Positions 1 to 13,737 of a DNA stretch of 64,000 nt are shown here, one piece after another (the first letter of the stretch is position 1; the number at the start of each line of letters is the position of its first letter). The stretch spans positions 221,030,001 to 221,094,000 of the forward strand of contig OZ024742.1 of NCBI GenBank assembly GCA_964016885.1, written 5' to 3'. A model generated the notes under the pieces. The model saw only the letters and a program-made list of their open reading frames with translations. It was not told the origin of the DNA and did no database searches. A program made the position numbers and the translations under genes. This stretch comes from Eledone cirrhosa (lineage: Eukaryota).

Positions 1-274
1 GAGAAAAAAAGTTAGACATAAAAAGTTAAACATATATAAACATATATAAACATATCTCCTTCATCAGGAGAGTACAATAGTAAATAGATTAGAAAATAAA
101 AAATAGAGAAACAGGAACATGGAGTGTGTGTGTGTTGTTTTTAATTTCATGTGTATCACTATATATATTAGTGGAATGGTTTATACGTTATTCATGATGG
201 TGTCTAAGTGTGTCGGGCTGTATTAACATTGTGTATGAGCGTGGCTTGCCAGTGTGTGTATCAGTGTATGTATC

Positions 275-966
275 AGTCTTTTGAAGTCATTAGAGCAAGC
301 GTCCAACTGTGTTGGACTGTACCTCAACGAATCCAAGACTGAGTATGTGAACAGATGCGCAAACAGCCCAAACTACCCCATCAGAACCCTTAATGGTACC
401 ACCCTTAACAGGCTCATATATCTCCTCCTCCAAAAAAGATTTTCTAACCAGGGTATGGCATGGTCAGCGTGCAATGACATGCACGCCATATGGACATCTC
501 AACTTACCAACAAGCTAAAACTGGAAATATTCCAAGCAACCATTAAGCCCATATTACTTTATGGATCCGAAACTTGGACACTAACATCACAACTTGAGAG
601 GAGATTGGATGGCACATATACCCGCCTCTTAATGAGAGTGCAAAACCTATCCTGGAAACGACATCCCACCTTGTCTAAAATCTATGGCAAACTCCCTCGA
701 GCCTCTGCCCTTCTAAAATCCCGGAGAGCTCAATTTGCTGGCCACTGTCACCGTGCCAGCAATGAAATCATATCCGCTCTCTTGCTCTGGAACCCTGACT
801 CCAGCCTGACTAGGAGTAGGAAGCTGTCATTCCCTGACGTTATCTCTAGGGATACAGGAATCAGTAGACAGGACCTGGGGGCAGCGATGGGGGACAGGGA
901 ATTCTGGGGCATGAGAGTGAGATCCATCATCTCGACAGTAGTCGATGAATGATGATGATGATGATG
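275..966 (+). mobile_element. RTE-type non-LTR retrotransposon, 3' fragment (RT C-terminus) with (GAT)n tail
   Basis: ORF 254-952 contains ILLYGSETWTLT, RRAQFAGHCHR and DREFW, typical of RTE C-termini. The stop codon runs into GATGATGAT. Confidence 0.85.
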
Positions 967-1011
967 TATCAAATATAAAAAAATATTAGTGACAAATATG
1001 TAGCTCTTTAT

Positions 1012-1210
1012 TATAATAATTGTTTCTACTTTTGATACAAGGCCAGCAATTATCCCAGTGCATTACTGGTACTTTATTTTATCGACCCTGTCAGGATGAA
1101 AGGCAAAGTTAACCTCGGCGGGATTTGAACTCAGAATGGCAAGGGCCGTAACTCTATGCATCAAAGCATAGCGTCCGACCCTCTACCGATACTGCCAATC
1201 TACCACCCCA
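1012..1210 (-). mobile_element. tRNA-derived SINE (family A, about 190 bp)
   Basis: Minus strand has A-box TGGCAGTATCGG, B-box GAGTTCAAATCCC and a 3' end ...AAAAGTAGAAACAATTAT. Many near-identical copies occur in the window. Confidence 0.85.
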
Positions 1211-4200
1211 CTGCCAATCTACCACCCCTCTGCCAATCCACCGCCCCTCTGCCAATCTACCACCCCTCTGCCAATCCACCGCCCCTCTGCCAATCCACCA
1301 CCCCTCTGCCAATCTACCACTCCTCTGCCAATCCACCGCCCCTCTGCCAATCCACCGCCCCTCTGCCAATCCACCGCCCCTCTGCCAATCCACCGCCCCT
1401 CTGCCAATCTATCACCCCTCTGCCAATCCACCGCCCCTCTGCCAATCCACCGCCCCTCTGCCAATCCACCGCCCCTCTGCCAATCTATCACCCCTCTGCC
1501 AATCCACCGCCCCTCTGCCAATCCACCACCCCTCTGCCAATCTACCACCCCTCTGCCAATCTACCACCCCTCTGCCAATCCACCGCCCCTCTGCCAATCT
1601 ACCACCCCTCTGCCAATCTACCACCCCTCTGCCAATCTACCGCCCCTCTGCCAATCTATCACCCCTCTGCCAATCCACCACCCCTCTGCCAATCTACCAC
1701 CCCTCTGCCAATCCACCGCCCCTCTGCCAATCTACCACCCCTCTGCCAATCTACCACCCCTCTGCCAATCTACCACCCCTCTGCCAATCCACCACCCCTC
1801 TGCCAATCTACCACCCCTCTGCCAATCTACCACCCCTCTGCCAATCCACCGCCCCTCTGCCAATCCACCGCCCCTCTGCCAATCTACCGCCCCTCTGCCA
1901 ATCTATCACCCCTCTGCCAATCCACCGCCCCTCTGCCAATCTACCACCCCTCTGCCAATCCACCACCCCTCTGCCAATCTACCACCCCTCTGCCAATCTA
2001 TCACCCCTCTGCCAATCCACCACCCCTCTGCCAATCTACCACCCCTCTGCCAATCTACCACCCCTCTGCCAATCCACCGCCCCTCTGCCAATCTACCACC
2101 CCTCTGCCAATCCACCGCCCCTCTGCCAATCTACCACCCCTCTGCCAATCCACCGCCCCTCTGCCAATCTACCACCCCTCTGCCAATCTACCACCCCTCT
2201 GCCAATCCACCGCCCCTCTGCCAATCTACCACCCCTCTGCCAATCCACCGCCCCTCTGCCAATCTACCACCCCTCTGCCAATCTATCACCCCTCTGCCAA
2301 TCCACCGCCCCTCTGCCAATCTATCACCCCTCTGCCAATCTACCGCCCCTCTGCCAATCCACCGCCCCTCTGCCAATCTACCACCCCTCTGCCAATCTAC
2401 CACCCCTCTGCCAATCCACCGCCCCTCTGCCAATCTACCACCCCTCTGCCAATCTACCACCCCTCTGCCAATCCACCGCCCCTCTGCCAATCTACCACCC
2501 CTCTGCCAATCCACCGCCCCTCTGCCAATCTACCACCCCTCTGCCAATCTATCACCCCTCTGCCAATCCACCGCCCCTCTGCCAATCTATCACCCCTCTG
2601 CCAATCTACCGCCCCTCTGCCAATCCACCGCCCCTCTGCCAATCTACCACCCCTCTGCCAATCTACCACCCCTCTGCCAATCCACCGCCCCTCTGCCAAT
2701 CTACCACCCCTCTGCCAATCCACCGCCCCTCTGCCAATCTACCACCCCTCTGCCAATCTACCACCCCTCTGCCAATCTATCACCCCTCTGCCAATCCACC
2801 GCCCCTCTGCCAATCTACCACCCCTCTGCCAATCCACCGCCCCTCTGCCAATCCACCGCCCCTCTGCCAATCTACCGCCCCTCTGCCAATCTATCACCCC
2901 TCTGCCAATCCACCGCCCCTCTGCCAATCTACCACCCCTCTGCCAATCCACCGCCCCTCTGCCAATCTACCACCCCTCTGCCAATCTACCACCCCTCTGC
3001 CAATCCACCGCCCCTCTGCCAATCTACCACCCCTCTGCCAATCCACCGCCCCTCTGCCAATCTACCACCCCTCTGCCAATCTACCACCCCTCTGCCAATC
3101 CACCGCCCCTCTGCCAATCTACCACCCCTCTGCCAATCCACCGCCCCTCTGCCAATCTACCACCCCTCTGCCAATCTACCACCCCTCTGCCAATCCACCG
3201 CCCCTCTGCCAATCTACCACCCCTCTGCCAATCTATCACCCCTCTGCCAATCCACCGCCCCTCTGCCAATCTATCACCCCTCTGCCAATCCACCGCCCCT
3301 CTGCCAATCTACCACCCCTCTGCCAATCCACCGCCCCTCTGCCAATCTACCACCCCTCTGCCAATCTACCACCCCTCTGCCAATCCACCGCCCCTCTGCC
3401 AATCTACCACCCCTCTGCCAATCCACCGCCCCTCTGCCAATCTACCACCCCTCTGCCAATCTACCACCCCTCTGCCAATCCACCGCCCCTCTGCCAATCT
3501 ACCACCCCTCTGCCAATCTATCACCCCTCTGCCAATCCACCGCCCCTCTGCCAATCTACCACCCCTCTGCCAATCTACCACCCCTCTGCCAATCTACCAC
3601 CCCTCTGCCAATCCACCGCCCCTCTGCCAATCTACCACCCCTCTGCCAATCTATCACCCCTCTGCCAATCCACCGCCCCTCTGCCAATCTACCACCCCTC
3701 TGCCAATCTACCACCCCTCTGCCAATCTACCACCCCTCTGCCAATCTACCACCCCTCTGCCAATCCACCGCCCCTCTGCCAATCTACCACCCCTCTGCCA
3801 ATCTACCACCCCTCTGCCAATCTACCACCCCTCTGCCAATCCACCGCCCCTCTGCCAATCTACCACCCCTCTGCCAATCTATCACCCCTCTGCCAATCCA
3901 CCGCCCCTCTGCCAATCTACCACCCCTCTGCCAATCTACCACCCCTCTGCCAATCTACCACCCCTCTGCCAATCTACCACCCCTCTGCCAATCCACCGCC
4001 CCTCTGCCAATCTACCACCCCTCTGCCAATCCACCGCCCCTCTGCCAATCCACCGCCCCTCTGCCAATCCACCGCCCCTCTGCCAATCTACCACCCCTCT
4101 GCCAATCTACCACCCCTCTGCCAATCCACCGCCCCTCTGCCAATCTACCACCCCTCTGCCAATCCACCGCCCCTCTGCCAATCTACCACCCCTCTGCCAA

Positions 4201-7200
4201 TCTACCACCCCTCTGCCAATCCACCGCCCCTCTGCCAATCTACCACCCCTCTGCCAATCTATCACCCCTCTGCCAATCCACCGCCCCTCTGCCAATCTAT
4301 CACCCCTCTGCCAATCCACCGCCCCTCTGCCAATCTACCACCCCTCTGCCAATCCACCGCCCCTCTGCCAATCTACCACCCCTCTGCCAATCTACCATCC
4401 CTCTGCCAATCCACCGCCCCTCTGCCAATCTACCACCCCTCTGCCAATCCACCGCCCCTCTGCCAATCTACCACCCCTCTGCCAATCTACCACCCCTCTG
4501 CCAATCCACCGCCCCTCTGCCAATCTACCACCCCTCTGCCAATCTATCACCCCTCTGCCAATCCACCGCCCCTCTGCCAATCTACCACCCCTCTGCCAAT
4601 CCACCGCCCCTCTGCCAATCTACCACCCCTCTGCCAATCTACCACCCCTCTGCCAATCTACCACCCCTCTGCCAATCCACCGCCCCTCTGCCAATCTACC
4701 ACCCCTCTGCCAATCTACCACCCCTCTGCCAATCCACCGCCCCTCTGCCAATCTACCACCCCTCTGCCAATCTATCACCCCTCTGCCAATCCACCGCCCC
4801 TCTGCCAATCTACCACCCCTCTGCCAATCTACCACCCCTCTGCCAATCTACCACCCCTCTGCCAATCTACCACCCCTCTGCCAATCCACCGCCCCTCTGC
4901 CAATCTACCACCCCTCTGCCAATCTACCACCCCTCTGCCAATCTACCACCCCTCTGCCAATCCACCGCCCCTCTGCCAATCTACCACCCCTCTGCCAATC
5001 TACCACCCCTCTGCCAATCCACCGCCCCTCTGCCAATCCACCGCCCCTCTGCCAATCTACCGCCCCTCTGCCAATCTATCACCCCTCTGCCAATCCACCG
5101 CCCCTCTGCCAATCTACCACCCCTCTGCCAATCCACCGCCCCTCTGCCAATCTATCACCCCTCTGCCAATCCACCGCCCCTCTGCCAATCTACCGCCCCT
5201 CTGCCAATCTATCACCCCTCTGCCAATCCACCGCCCCTCTGCCAATCTACCACCCCTCTGCCAATCTACCGCCCCTCTGCCAATCTATCACCCCTCTGCC
5301 AATCCACCGCCCCTCTGCCAATCTATCATCCCTCTGCCAATCCACCGCCCCTCTGCCAATATACCACCCCTCTGCCAATCCACCGCCCCTCTGCCAATCC
5401 ACCGCCCCTCTGCCAATCTACCACCCCTCTGCCAATCCACCGCCCCTCTGCCAATCCACCGCCCCTCTGCCAATCCACCGCCCCTCTGCCAATCTACCAC
5501 CCCTCTGCCAATCCACCGCCCCTCTGCCAATCTACCACCCCTCTGCCAATCCACCGCCCCTCTGCCAATCCACCGCCCCTCTGCCAATCTACCACCCCTC
5601 TGCCAATCCACCGCCCCTCTGCCAATCCACCGCCCCTCTGCCAATCCACCGCCCCTCTGCCAATCTACCACCCCTCTGCCAATCCACCGCCCCTCTGCCA
5701 ATCTACCACCCCTCTGCCAATCCACCGCCCCTCTGCCAATCCACCGCCCCTCTGCCAATCCACCGCCCCTCTGCCAATCTACCACCCCTCTGCCAATCCA
5801 CCGCCCCTCTGCCAATCTACCACCCCTCTGCCAATCCACCGCCCCTCTGCCAATCTACCACCCCTCTGCCAATCCACCGCCCCTCTGCCAATCTACCACC
5901 CCTCTGCCAATCTACCACCCCTCTGCCAATCTACCACCCCTCTGCCAATCCACCGCCCCTCTGCCAATCTACCACCCCTCTGCCAATCTACCACCCCTCT
6001 GCCAATCCACCGCCCCTCTGCCAATCTACCACCCCTCTGCCAATCTACCACCCCTCTGCCAATCTACCACCCCTCTGCAAATCTACCACCCCTCTGCCAA
6101 TCTACCACCCCTCTGCCAATCTACCACCCCTCTGCCAATCTACCACCCCTCTGCCAATCTACCACCCCTCTGCCAATCTACCACCCCTCTGCCAATCCAC
6201 CGCCCCTCTGCCAATCCACCGCCCCTCTGCCAATCTACCACCCCTCTGCCAATCTACCACCCCTCTGCCAATCTACCACCCCTCTGCCAATCCACCGCCC
6301 CTCTTTCAATCTACCACCCCTCTGCCAATCCACCGCCCCTCTGCCAATCTACCACCCCTCTGCCAATCCACCGCCCCTCTGCCAATCCACCACCCCTCTG
6401 CCAATCCACCGCCCCACTGCCAATCTACCACCCCTCTGCCAATCCACCGCCCCTCTGCCAATCTACCACCCCTCTGCCAATCCACCGCCCCTCTGCCAAT
6501 CTACCACCCCTCTGCCAATCTACCACCCCTCTGCCAATCTACCACCCCTCTGCCAATCCACCGCCCCTCTGCCAATCTATCACCCCTCTGCCAATCCACC
6601 GCCCCTCTGCCAATCTACCACCCCTCTGCCAATCCACCGCCCCTCTGCCAATCTACCACCCCTCTGCCAATCCACCGCCCCTCTGCCAATCTACCACCCC
6701 TCTGCCAATCTACCACCCCTCTGCGAATCTACCACCCCTCTGCCAATCCACCGCCCCTCTGCCAATCTACCACCCCTCTGCCAATCTACCACCCCTCTGC
6801 CAATCCACCGCCCCTCTGCCAATCTACCACCCCTCTGCCAATCCACCACCCCTCTGCCAATCTACCACCCCTCTGCCAATCCACCGCCCCTCTGCCAATC
6901 TACCACCCCTCTGCCAATCCACCACCCCTCTGCCAATCTATCACCCCTCTGCCAATCCACCGCCCCTCTGCCAATCTACCACCCCTCTGCCAATCCACCG
7001 CCCCTCTGCCAATCTACCACCCCTCTGCCAATCCACCGCCCCTCTGCCAATCTACCACCCCTCTGCCAATCCACCGCCCCTCTGCCAATCTACCACCCCT
7101 CTGCCAATCCACCGCCCCTCTGCCAATCTACCACCCCTCTGCCAATCCACCGCCCCTCTGCCAATCTACCACCCCTCTGCCAATCCACCGCCCCTCTGCC

Positions 7201-7684
7201 AATCCACCGCCCCTCTGCCAATCTACCACCCCTCTGCCAATCCACCGCCCCTCTGCCAATCTACCACCCCTCTGCCAATCCACCGCCCCTCTGCCAATCT
7301 ACCACCCCTCTGCCAATCCACCGCCCCTCTGCCAATCCACCGCCCCTCTGCCAATCTACCACCCCTCTGCCAATCCACCGCCCCTCTGCCAATCTACCAC
7401 CCCTCTGCCAATCCACCGCCCCTCTGCCAATCTACCACCCCTCTGCCAATCTACCACCCCTCTGCCAATCCACCGCCCCTCTGCCAATCTACCACCCCTC
7501 TGCCAATCTACCACCCCTCTGCCAATCCACCACCCCTCTGCCAATCCACCGCCCCTCTGCCAATCTACCACCCCTCTGCCAATCCACCGCCCCTCTGCCA
7601 ATCTACCACCCCTCTGCCAATCCACCGCCCCTCTGCCAATCTACCACCCCTCTGCCAATCTACCACCCCTCTGCCAATCCACCT
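1191..7684. repeat. 19-bp minisatellite (CTCTGCCAATCYAYCRCCC)n, about 340 copies
   Basis: Directly visible tandem array. The unit matches the 5' end of the adjacent SINE. Confidence 0.98.
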
Positions 7685-7974
7685 ATAATAATAATAATAA
7701 TTAAATTATTGTGTACAGTGCTCAGGTGCATTACAACATTATGTATCCATTCATTAAAATACAAAATGGAATACAACTTCAAGGTGGACTGGATGGTGTT
7801 GACAAAAAAGCAAATAAAATTGTCATAGCAACAACACTATACAACGCATGTGTTTATGTGCTAAGGTGTGTGTGTGTGTGTGTCTATGTGTGCATGCCTA
7901 CATGTTTGTTAAAGCATGTTAAAGGTCTTATGTTGTATGTGTAATGTATCTAAGTGTGTGTAAATATTTCCATG

Positions 7975-8270
7975 TCAGAAAAACAGCACAGCTCCCATGA
8001 CTTTCGGAAACATTTCTTCATGCTCAGAGTTGCTGAAGCATGGAACAAACTATCTATTGTATCCTTCAAAACTTTCATGCTTCCCGAAATTTGCCAACTA
8101 CACCTGGTATTCCCCCTCCACACACATGCACATATGTGTGTGTGTATAACATGGCTGATACACTGTTCACTTTCCTGACATTTGGAAATTATTCTATGTA
8201 CTATACATGCACCTTTGATGAGTTGCAGTGCACCTGAGCACTGTACACAATGATTTTCATTATTCTTATA
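7975..8270 (+). mobile_element. CR1-like LINE 3' fragment
   Basis: RKHFFMLRVAEAWNKL motif, plus a 3' UTR shared with 55803-56340. Confidence 0.7.
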
Positions 8271-8539
8271 ATTTATTTATAAATGAACATTAAACAAAAA
8301 TGGCACAAATGTTTGACATTTCTTGCAACTCATAGATTGTTATGATCATGAATTGTCATTGCCACACTTACACCTGAAAAAAAAAACCTTGAAAATATTA
8401 CCACCACATGATGAGTTTTTTGCCTCATTACTTAGTCTATTATAATTAACCATGTAAGTTTACATTGTTGATATTACAAATGTTACTATGTTATTTCAAG
8501 CTCACTATCTCTCAAAATATTATAGTCAGATCTGTAATC

Positions 8540-8870
8540 TTTCGAGTGCATAGCTCGGAGATTAGAGAGTCACTCCAGGTAGAGCCACTACTTCTCTAAA
8601 TTGAGAGATCACAGCTCCGATACTATGGGCATGTGGTTAGAATGTCTCAGGAAAGAATTGCTGGACAGATTTTATGGGCAAACCCAACTGGCAGGAGATC
8701 CAGAGGTAGACCCCCTTGCAAGATGGTTGGATAACATCCATGAGCTTGGCTGATCTCGCTTGAGGATCCACCCGGATCAGTTGGGGATGGTTACTTCTAA
8801 CAGGACCCGCTGGAAAGCATGCTTGAGGACTCTGACCCAATGACCCTTCCATGCATAAGTGGGCAAAGAA
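8540..8870 (+). mobile_element. RTE-like LINE 3' fragment (second family)
   Basis: Degenerate translation IERSQLRYYGHVVRM...GRRSRGRP. Homologous to 59800-60430 (-). Confidence 0.7.
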
Positions 8871-9632
8871 GAATATCTGTAATCACATTTTAAAATCACT
8901 ATTCTTACTTTTATACCATAAAGTCTCTTTTTGAAATCCTTAATTCTTAATGCCTCAATTAGAATTAAATATTCTAAAGTTAAAAAGCACAAAGCTTGTT
9001 GCTGTTTACTGATAAAAGGTGATATTTAAACATTTTGTTACCATATTTCTAATGGTTGTTACCATATTTCTAATAATTGTTGAATAATTTTGAAAATAAT
9101 CAGAAATTTAGAGGTATTTAGTAATAACTTTCCATTATAAATCTGATGTTTGGGATATAACAAATTTTCTTACTTAAAATCATAATGGAAGTTTGTTTAG
9201 ATAAATATAAGACTTTAAAATAAACAACCTAACCAGATCATGGTTTTAGATTGTTTGATATCACCACATTAATATGTAGAGGTTTGTTTAATATTGTTTG
9301 TAATAAAACCTTTTGATATTGTCAGTAAATAATATAACTTGTATATATTTCCAAAGATGATAGGAAGGGCATCCAGCCATAGAAAACTTGCCTAACAAAG
9401 GGTTGGGAGGACCCTTAATTGTGTCAAAGGTCCCCCCAACCCTTTGTTTAGCAAGTTTGGAATGTGAAACTGTACATAAGCGCACATATCCCTGGCTTGC
9501 CTGGGAGATCAGTGGCTCCGCTTCAGTACTGACTTGGTGTATATGGACCTGTCCAACACTTGTTAGCAGGGAAATTGGACGTTAAAACAACAACGATGAT
9601 GATGGTGAAAGAGAAAAACAAAAGTCAGTATT

Positions 9633-9978
9633 TCAAATGAAAGCATTCAGTACTATAAGGCTCTATCAGATGCAAATGAAACCAATATTATGCAGCTCTA
9701 TTGTATGCAAATGAAAGCATACAGTACTATAAGGCTCTATTGTATGCAAATGAAAACATACACTACTATAAGGCTCTATTGTATGCAAATGAAAGCATAC
9801 ACTACTATAAGGCTCTATTGTATGCAAATGAAAGCATACACTACTATAAGGCTCTATCATATGCAAATAAAAGCAGTAATATAAGGCTCTATCCAATGCA
9901 AATGAAAGCATACAGTACTATAAAACTCTATCATATGCAAATGAAAGCATGCAGTACTATAAGGCTCTACTGTATGTA
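9633..9978. repeat. 42-bp minisatellite (CAAATGAAAGCATACAGTACTATAAGGCTCTATTGTATG-like), about 8 copies
   Basis: Visible tandem units. Confidence 0.9.
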
Positions 9979-11124
9979 AGCAAAATAAAGAAAGTAATAT
10001 GTATTGAATAATGAAAGCATTACTATTTCACTTTCTGAAAATCTGAAATGATGTACTTAATTTTTCAAAGATGAACGTATAATTACAAATGTTAACAGTT
10101 ATATTTATGTAGATAATCATTGTTTAACCCTTTAGCATTTACATTACTCTTTATTTACTATTGTATTGTCATGGTAAAGGCTTTATCTTACATAATTATC
10201 TCACATAATATTGAATCTATGAAATTTTGATATTATTTATTTTGAGAAAAATACCTTAACATCAGTATGAGCAGTCAGTTACGGCCAGTTTGATCAGAAA
10301 GAGGTGAGAGAATTCTGGCCGGATATGACCAGCTTGAATTGAAAACATGGAAATGAAAGAGTATTCCATATGTTTTACATCTTGCTCTACTCCATTTCTC
10401 TTTTCTTTATTCTCCCAGAGTATCTTTTTCGCTCCCACTTTCTCCCCCTAACTCTGTCATCTACTCTCACTCACTCTGTAAGGTGGGTGAGGTAGAGGAG
10501 GAGATATGAAAGTGACAAGTATGTAAGATCAAACAAAATAACCAAAATATAGATGAGGCTTCCTTGGACTTTATTGGTGATCTGGACACTGTTTAATTTA
10601 TATATATATATCTATGTTTGTATATCTGTGTGTATGTATGAGTGTGTTGTGTTGTGACAGATGTATATAGGTTTCTGTGTATGCATGTGTGTGGTGGTGG
10701 TCGAGGCATGCCTGTTTATATGTGTTGAACTACACTTAATTATAGGTTTGAGTAGTTATGTATGCTGTTGTTGTTTAACCCCAGGTCAGCCTTGAGGTTT
10801 CAGAACTTTGATGAAAGCCGTTCCAGCTTTGACCAGTGAAACTCAGTACTACATTATTAAAGATGGGAACTTGATTGCTATTTCTAGCAATTCATACCAC
10901 TATGTAGTTGACTATGATGAATGCTCTGTCTCCCTTCATAACAAAATATTAACATACCAATATAGTTGTTTAATTAGTTCCTCTTGTACTTTGGACAGTA
11001 ATAAGTCACCAACCCTAGTTCTCTGTTCACTCATCTTCTTCTTGCCATGTAATGTTAAACTGTTTTAAGTCTTCTTTCAACATTTCTTCTCTGGTCTTTC
11101 TATTTACATTCTTACCTCTACTAT

Positions 11125-11335
11125 TACCTATACCATGATCCTCCTTCTACTAGCACCCATACCATCGATCTTTCTTCTATTGGTACCTATACCATGATCT
11201 ACCCTCTACTGGAGCTCATACCATTGATCTTTCTTCTATTGGTACCTATAACATGATCCTCCCTCTACTGGTGCCTATACTATGATCCTCCCTCTACTAG
11301 CGCCCATACCATTGATCTTTCTTCTACTGGTACCT
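11125..11335. repeat. Degenerate tandem repeat of about 29-30 bp (ATACCATGATCCTCCCTCTACTGG-like)
   Basis: Visible alternating units. Confidence 0.7.
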
Positions 11336-12025
11336 GGAGGAGGTGGAATATAAACAGGGTGGAGGGGAGCAGTTATTTGTGACCCGAGAGTACATACTGA
11401 GTCTGTCTGTGATCCCACAACACCTCTTGTGTATCCAGTTTATACTGGGTACACAGTATAGAATTCCCACCAACACCCTTTCTACTTAACAAATCTGGCC
11501 ACTTCCAAATATAGTTGTTAGGGTTAATTTTAAACCTCATAACTCTTTTCATGCCTGTTTCTTAGCTTTAATTGCCTTATCCCTGTTACTGTTCCTCCAC
11601 CATGTTACCCTCCATCTTCTTGGAGCCTTGCTCTAACCACAGATCTTGTCTGTAGCTTTCAGCAGTTATATATCACTGTAAGTTTCTATTTCTTCCTCCT
11701 TATTGTCAAAAGTGTCAAGCAGGACACCCCTGAATTTCTCACCTGTTTATATATGTTTCTTTGTATGTGTGTGTATATCATCATCATCATCATCATCGTT
11801 TTCACATCTGTTTTTCCACACTTGCATGAGTTGGAGGGTCCTTCTCAGCACAACATATCTTCACTTGTTGCATTCCTTCGTCATCTCCTCTGCAAGTCTC
11901 ATTAATTTGAGGTTAGCTCTCACCATCTCTGCCCAGGTCTTTCTTGATCTTTCTCTACAGCAGCTTCATTCCACTGAGATTTCCTGGTATTTCTTCACCC
12001 ATTTGCCAATGACCATATGTATGTG

Positions 12026-12057
<32 letters not shown>

Positions 12058-12194
12058 GTATAGTTGTTGAGTAATAATTATTACTAGTGGTATTGATTTT
12101 AGCACTCAAGATTTTTACATGAATTTGTTATTCAATATACACAATTGTGAAAATTTATACTGACATCTGGTTGGTATTGACATTTTTTTCCTGC

Positions 12195-12785
12195 TTAGAG
12201 TTGCTGAAGCATGGAACAAACTACCTGTATCAGTTGTTAGCTGTTGGGACACTTCATCCTTCAAAACTTCCATGCTTCCCGAAATTCGCCAACACTACAC
12301 CTGATCCACATGCACACGTGTGAGTCTGTGTGTATATCATGACTCATACACTGTTCACTTTCCTGACTTTTGTACATTATTCTATGTACTATACATGCAC
12401 CTTTGAAAGTGCATGGCTTAGTGGTTAGAGCATCGGGTTTACAATTGTGAAGTTGTGAGTTCGATTCTCGGACTGGGCTGTGCATTGTGTTCTTGAGCAA
12501 GACACTTTATTTTTCATGTTGCTCCAGTTTACTCAACTGTAGAAATGAGTTGCAATGTCACTGGTACCAAGCTGTATCGGTGGCATGGAGAGAGGCAACC
12601 GGTATGCATGGGCAACTGCTGGCCTTCCACAAACAACCTTGCCCGGACATGTGCCTCAGAGGGGAACTTTCTAGGTGTAAATCCCATTGTCATTCATGAT
12701 TGAAGGGGATCTATACATGCACTTTTGATGAGTTATACTACACCTAAGCACTGTAGATGATAATTTTCGTTATTATTATTATTAT
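12195..12785 (+). mobile_element. CR1-like 3' fragment interrupted by a family B SINE
   Basis: The CR1 3' UTR is split by the SINE. CTATACATGCACYTTTGA is duplicated on both sides (about 12389 and 12711). Confidence 0.7.
12410..12710 (+). mobile_element. tRNA-derived SINE (family B, about 300 bp)
   Basis: TGGCTTAGTGGTTAGAGC A-box, GAGTTCGATTCT B-box and a CTTGAGCAAGACAC central motif. Related copies at about 30525, 50100-50236, 52590-52712 and 61300-61560. Confidence 0.8.
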
Positions 12786-12811
12786 AAGTTGCAGAGTGTT
12801 AATCTAAAAAA

Positions 12812-13184
12812 TGAGAGATCAAAGTTTCAATTCATATTTTTACTTGTATTCTTGCATAGCATATGTTTCACAAGTGCACAACTCTGAGACAACATGTAGT
12901 TATGTAATACTTCTGTAAAAATGTAGCTCAATTATGTTTCAGTTTGCTAATTAGACACTTAATCACAATCACAATCCTGGCATCTTTGTTTGTGTAAAGG
13001 CAGTGAGCTTGCCTCTACACAAGGATATAAACACTGCTCAAATCCTCTGCTATAAAAACAGAGTTGAGCTACATATTACGGAAGTGTTAGTTAGCTACAT
13101 GTGGTTTAAAGATGTTCAATTGTGAAACACGTATTATGTAAGAATACAAATAAAAATCTGATGAATTAAAACTTTCATTTCCCA
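12812..13184. mobile_element. Old MITE-like element with diverged inverted arms of about 120 bp
   Basis: 12812-12933 aligns by eye with the reverse complement of 13061-13184. Confidence 0.65.
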
Positions 13185-13429
13185 TGTTATATATGTGTGC
13201 ATGTATGTGTGTGTTTGTGTGTGTGTTTGTATATGAATGTGTTTCTATGTGTATGTGTTTGCATGTCTGTGAATGTGTAGGTTTCTATGATGTGTATGTG
13301 TTTGTATGTGTGTGAGTGTGTGGGTTTCTATGTGTGTGCATTATGTATTTAGAAATATATTTTTTATTAATGTAGGTATTTACACAGCTATATTACTTCA
13401 TACTCACACACACACTCATACATGTACAC

Positions 13430-13645
13430 GCACACATAACAGAAGTAGTAGTAGTGGTAGCAGCAGCAATAGTAACATTAGTAATAGTAGCAACAGTGAT
13501 GGTGGTGGTGATGTTGGTGTAGTCAGTGCTGTTGGTAATAGTGGTGGTGGTTGTGGTGACAGTGGTGTGGTGGTTGTGGTGGTGGTTGTGACAGTGGTGG
13601 TGGTAACCGTAGTGGGGTGGTGGTGCTGGTGGTAGTGGTGGTGGT
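13430..13645. repeat. (GGT/AGT)n trinucleotide low-complexity tract
   Basis: Visible. Confidence 0.85.
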
Positions 13646-13737
13646 ATAGCTGTGTGTTATTAAACAAACTAAACACGACCAGACAGTAATTAAGATAGTT
13701 GTATATGTTGACTTCCAACAACAATAGAAGGGAGAAA

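Noticed and set aside
1156-7704. 2182-aa Pro-rich ORF
   Set aside because: Artefact of a stop-free 19-bp minisatellite read through all three frames. It begins inside an antisense SINE.
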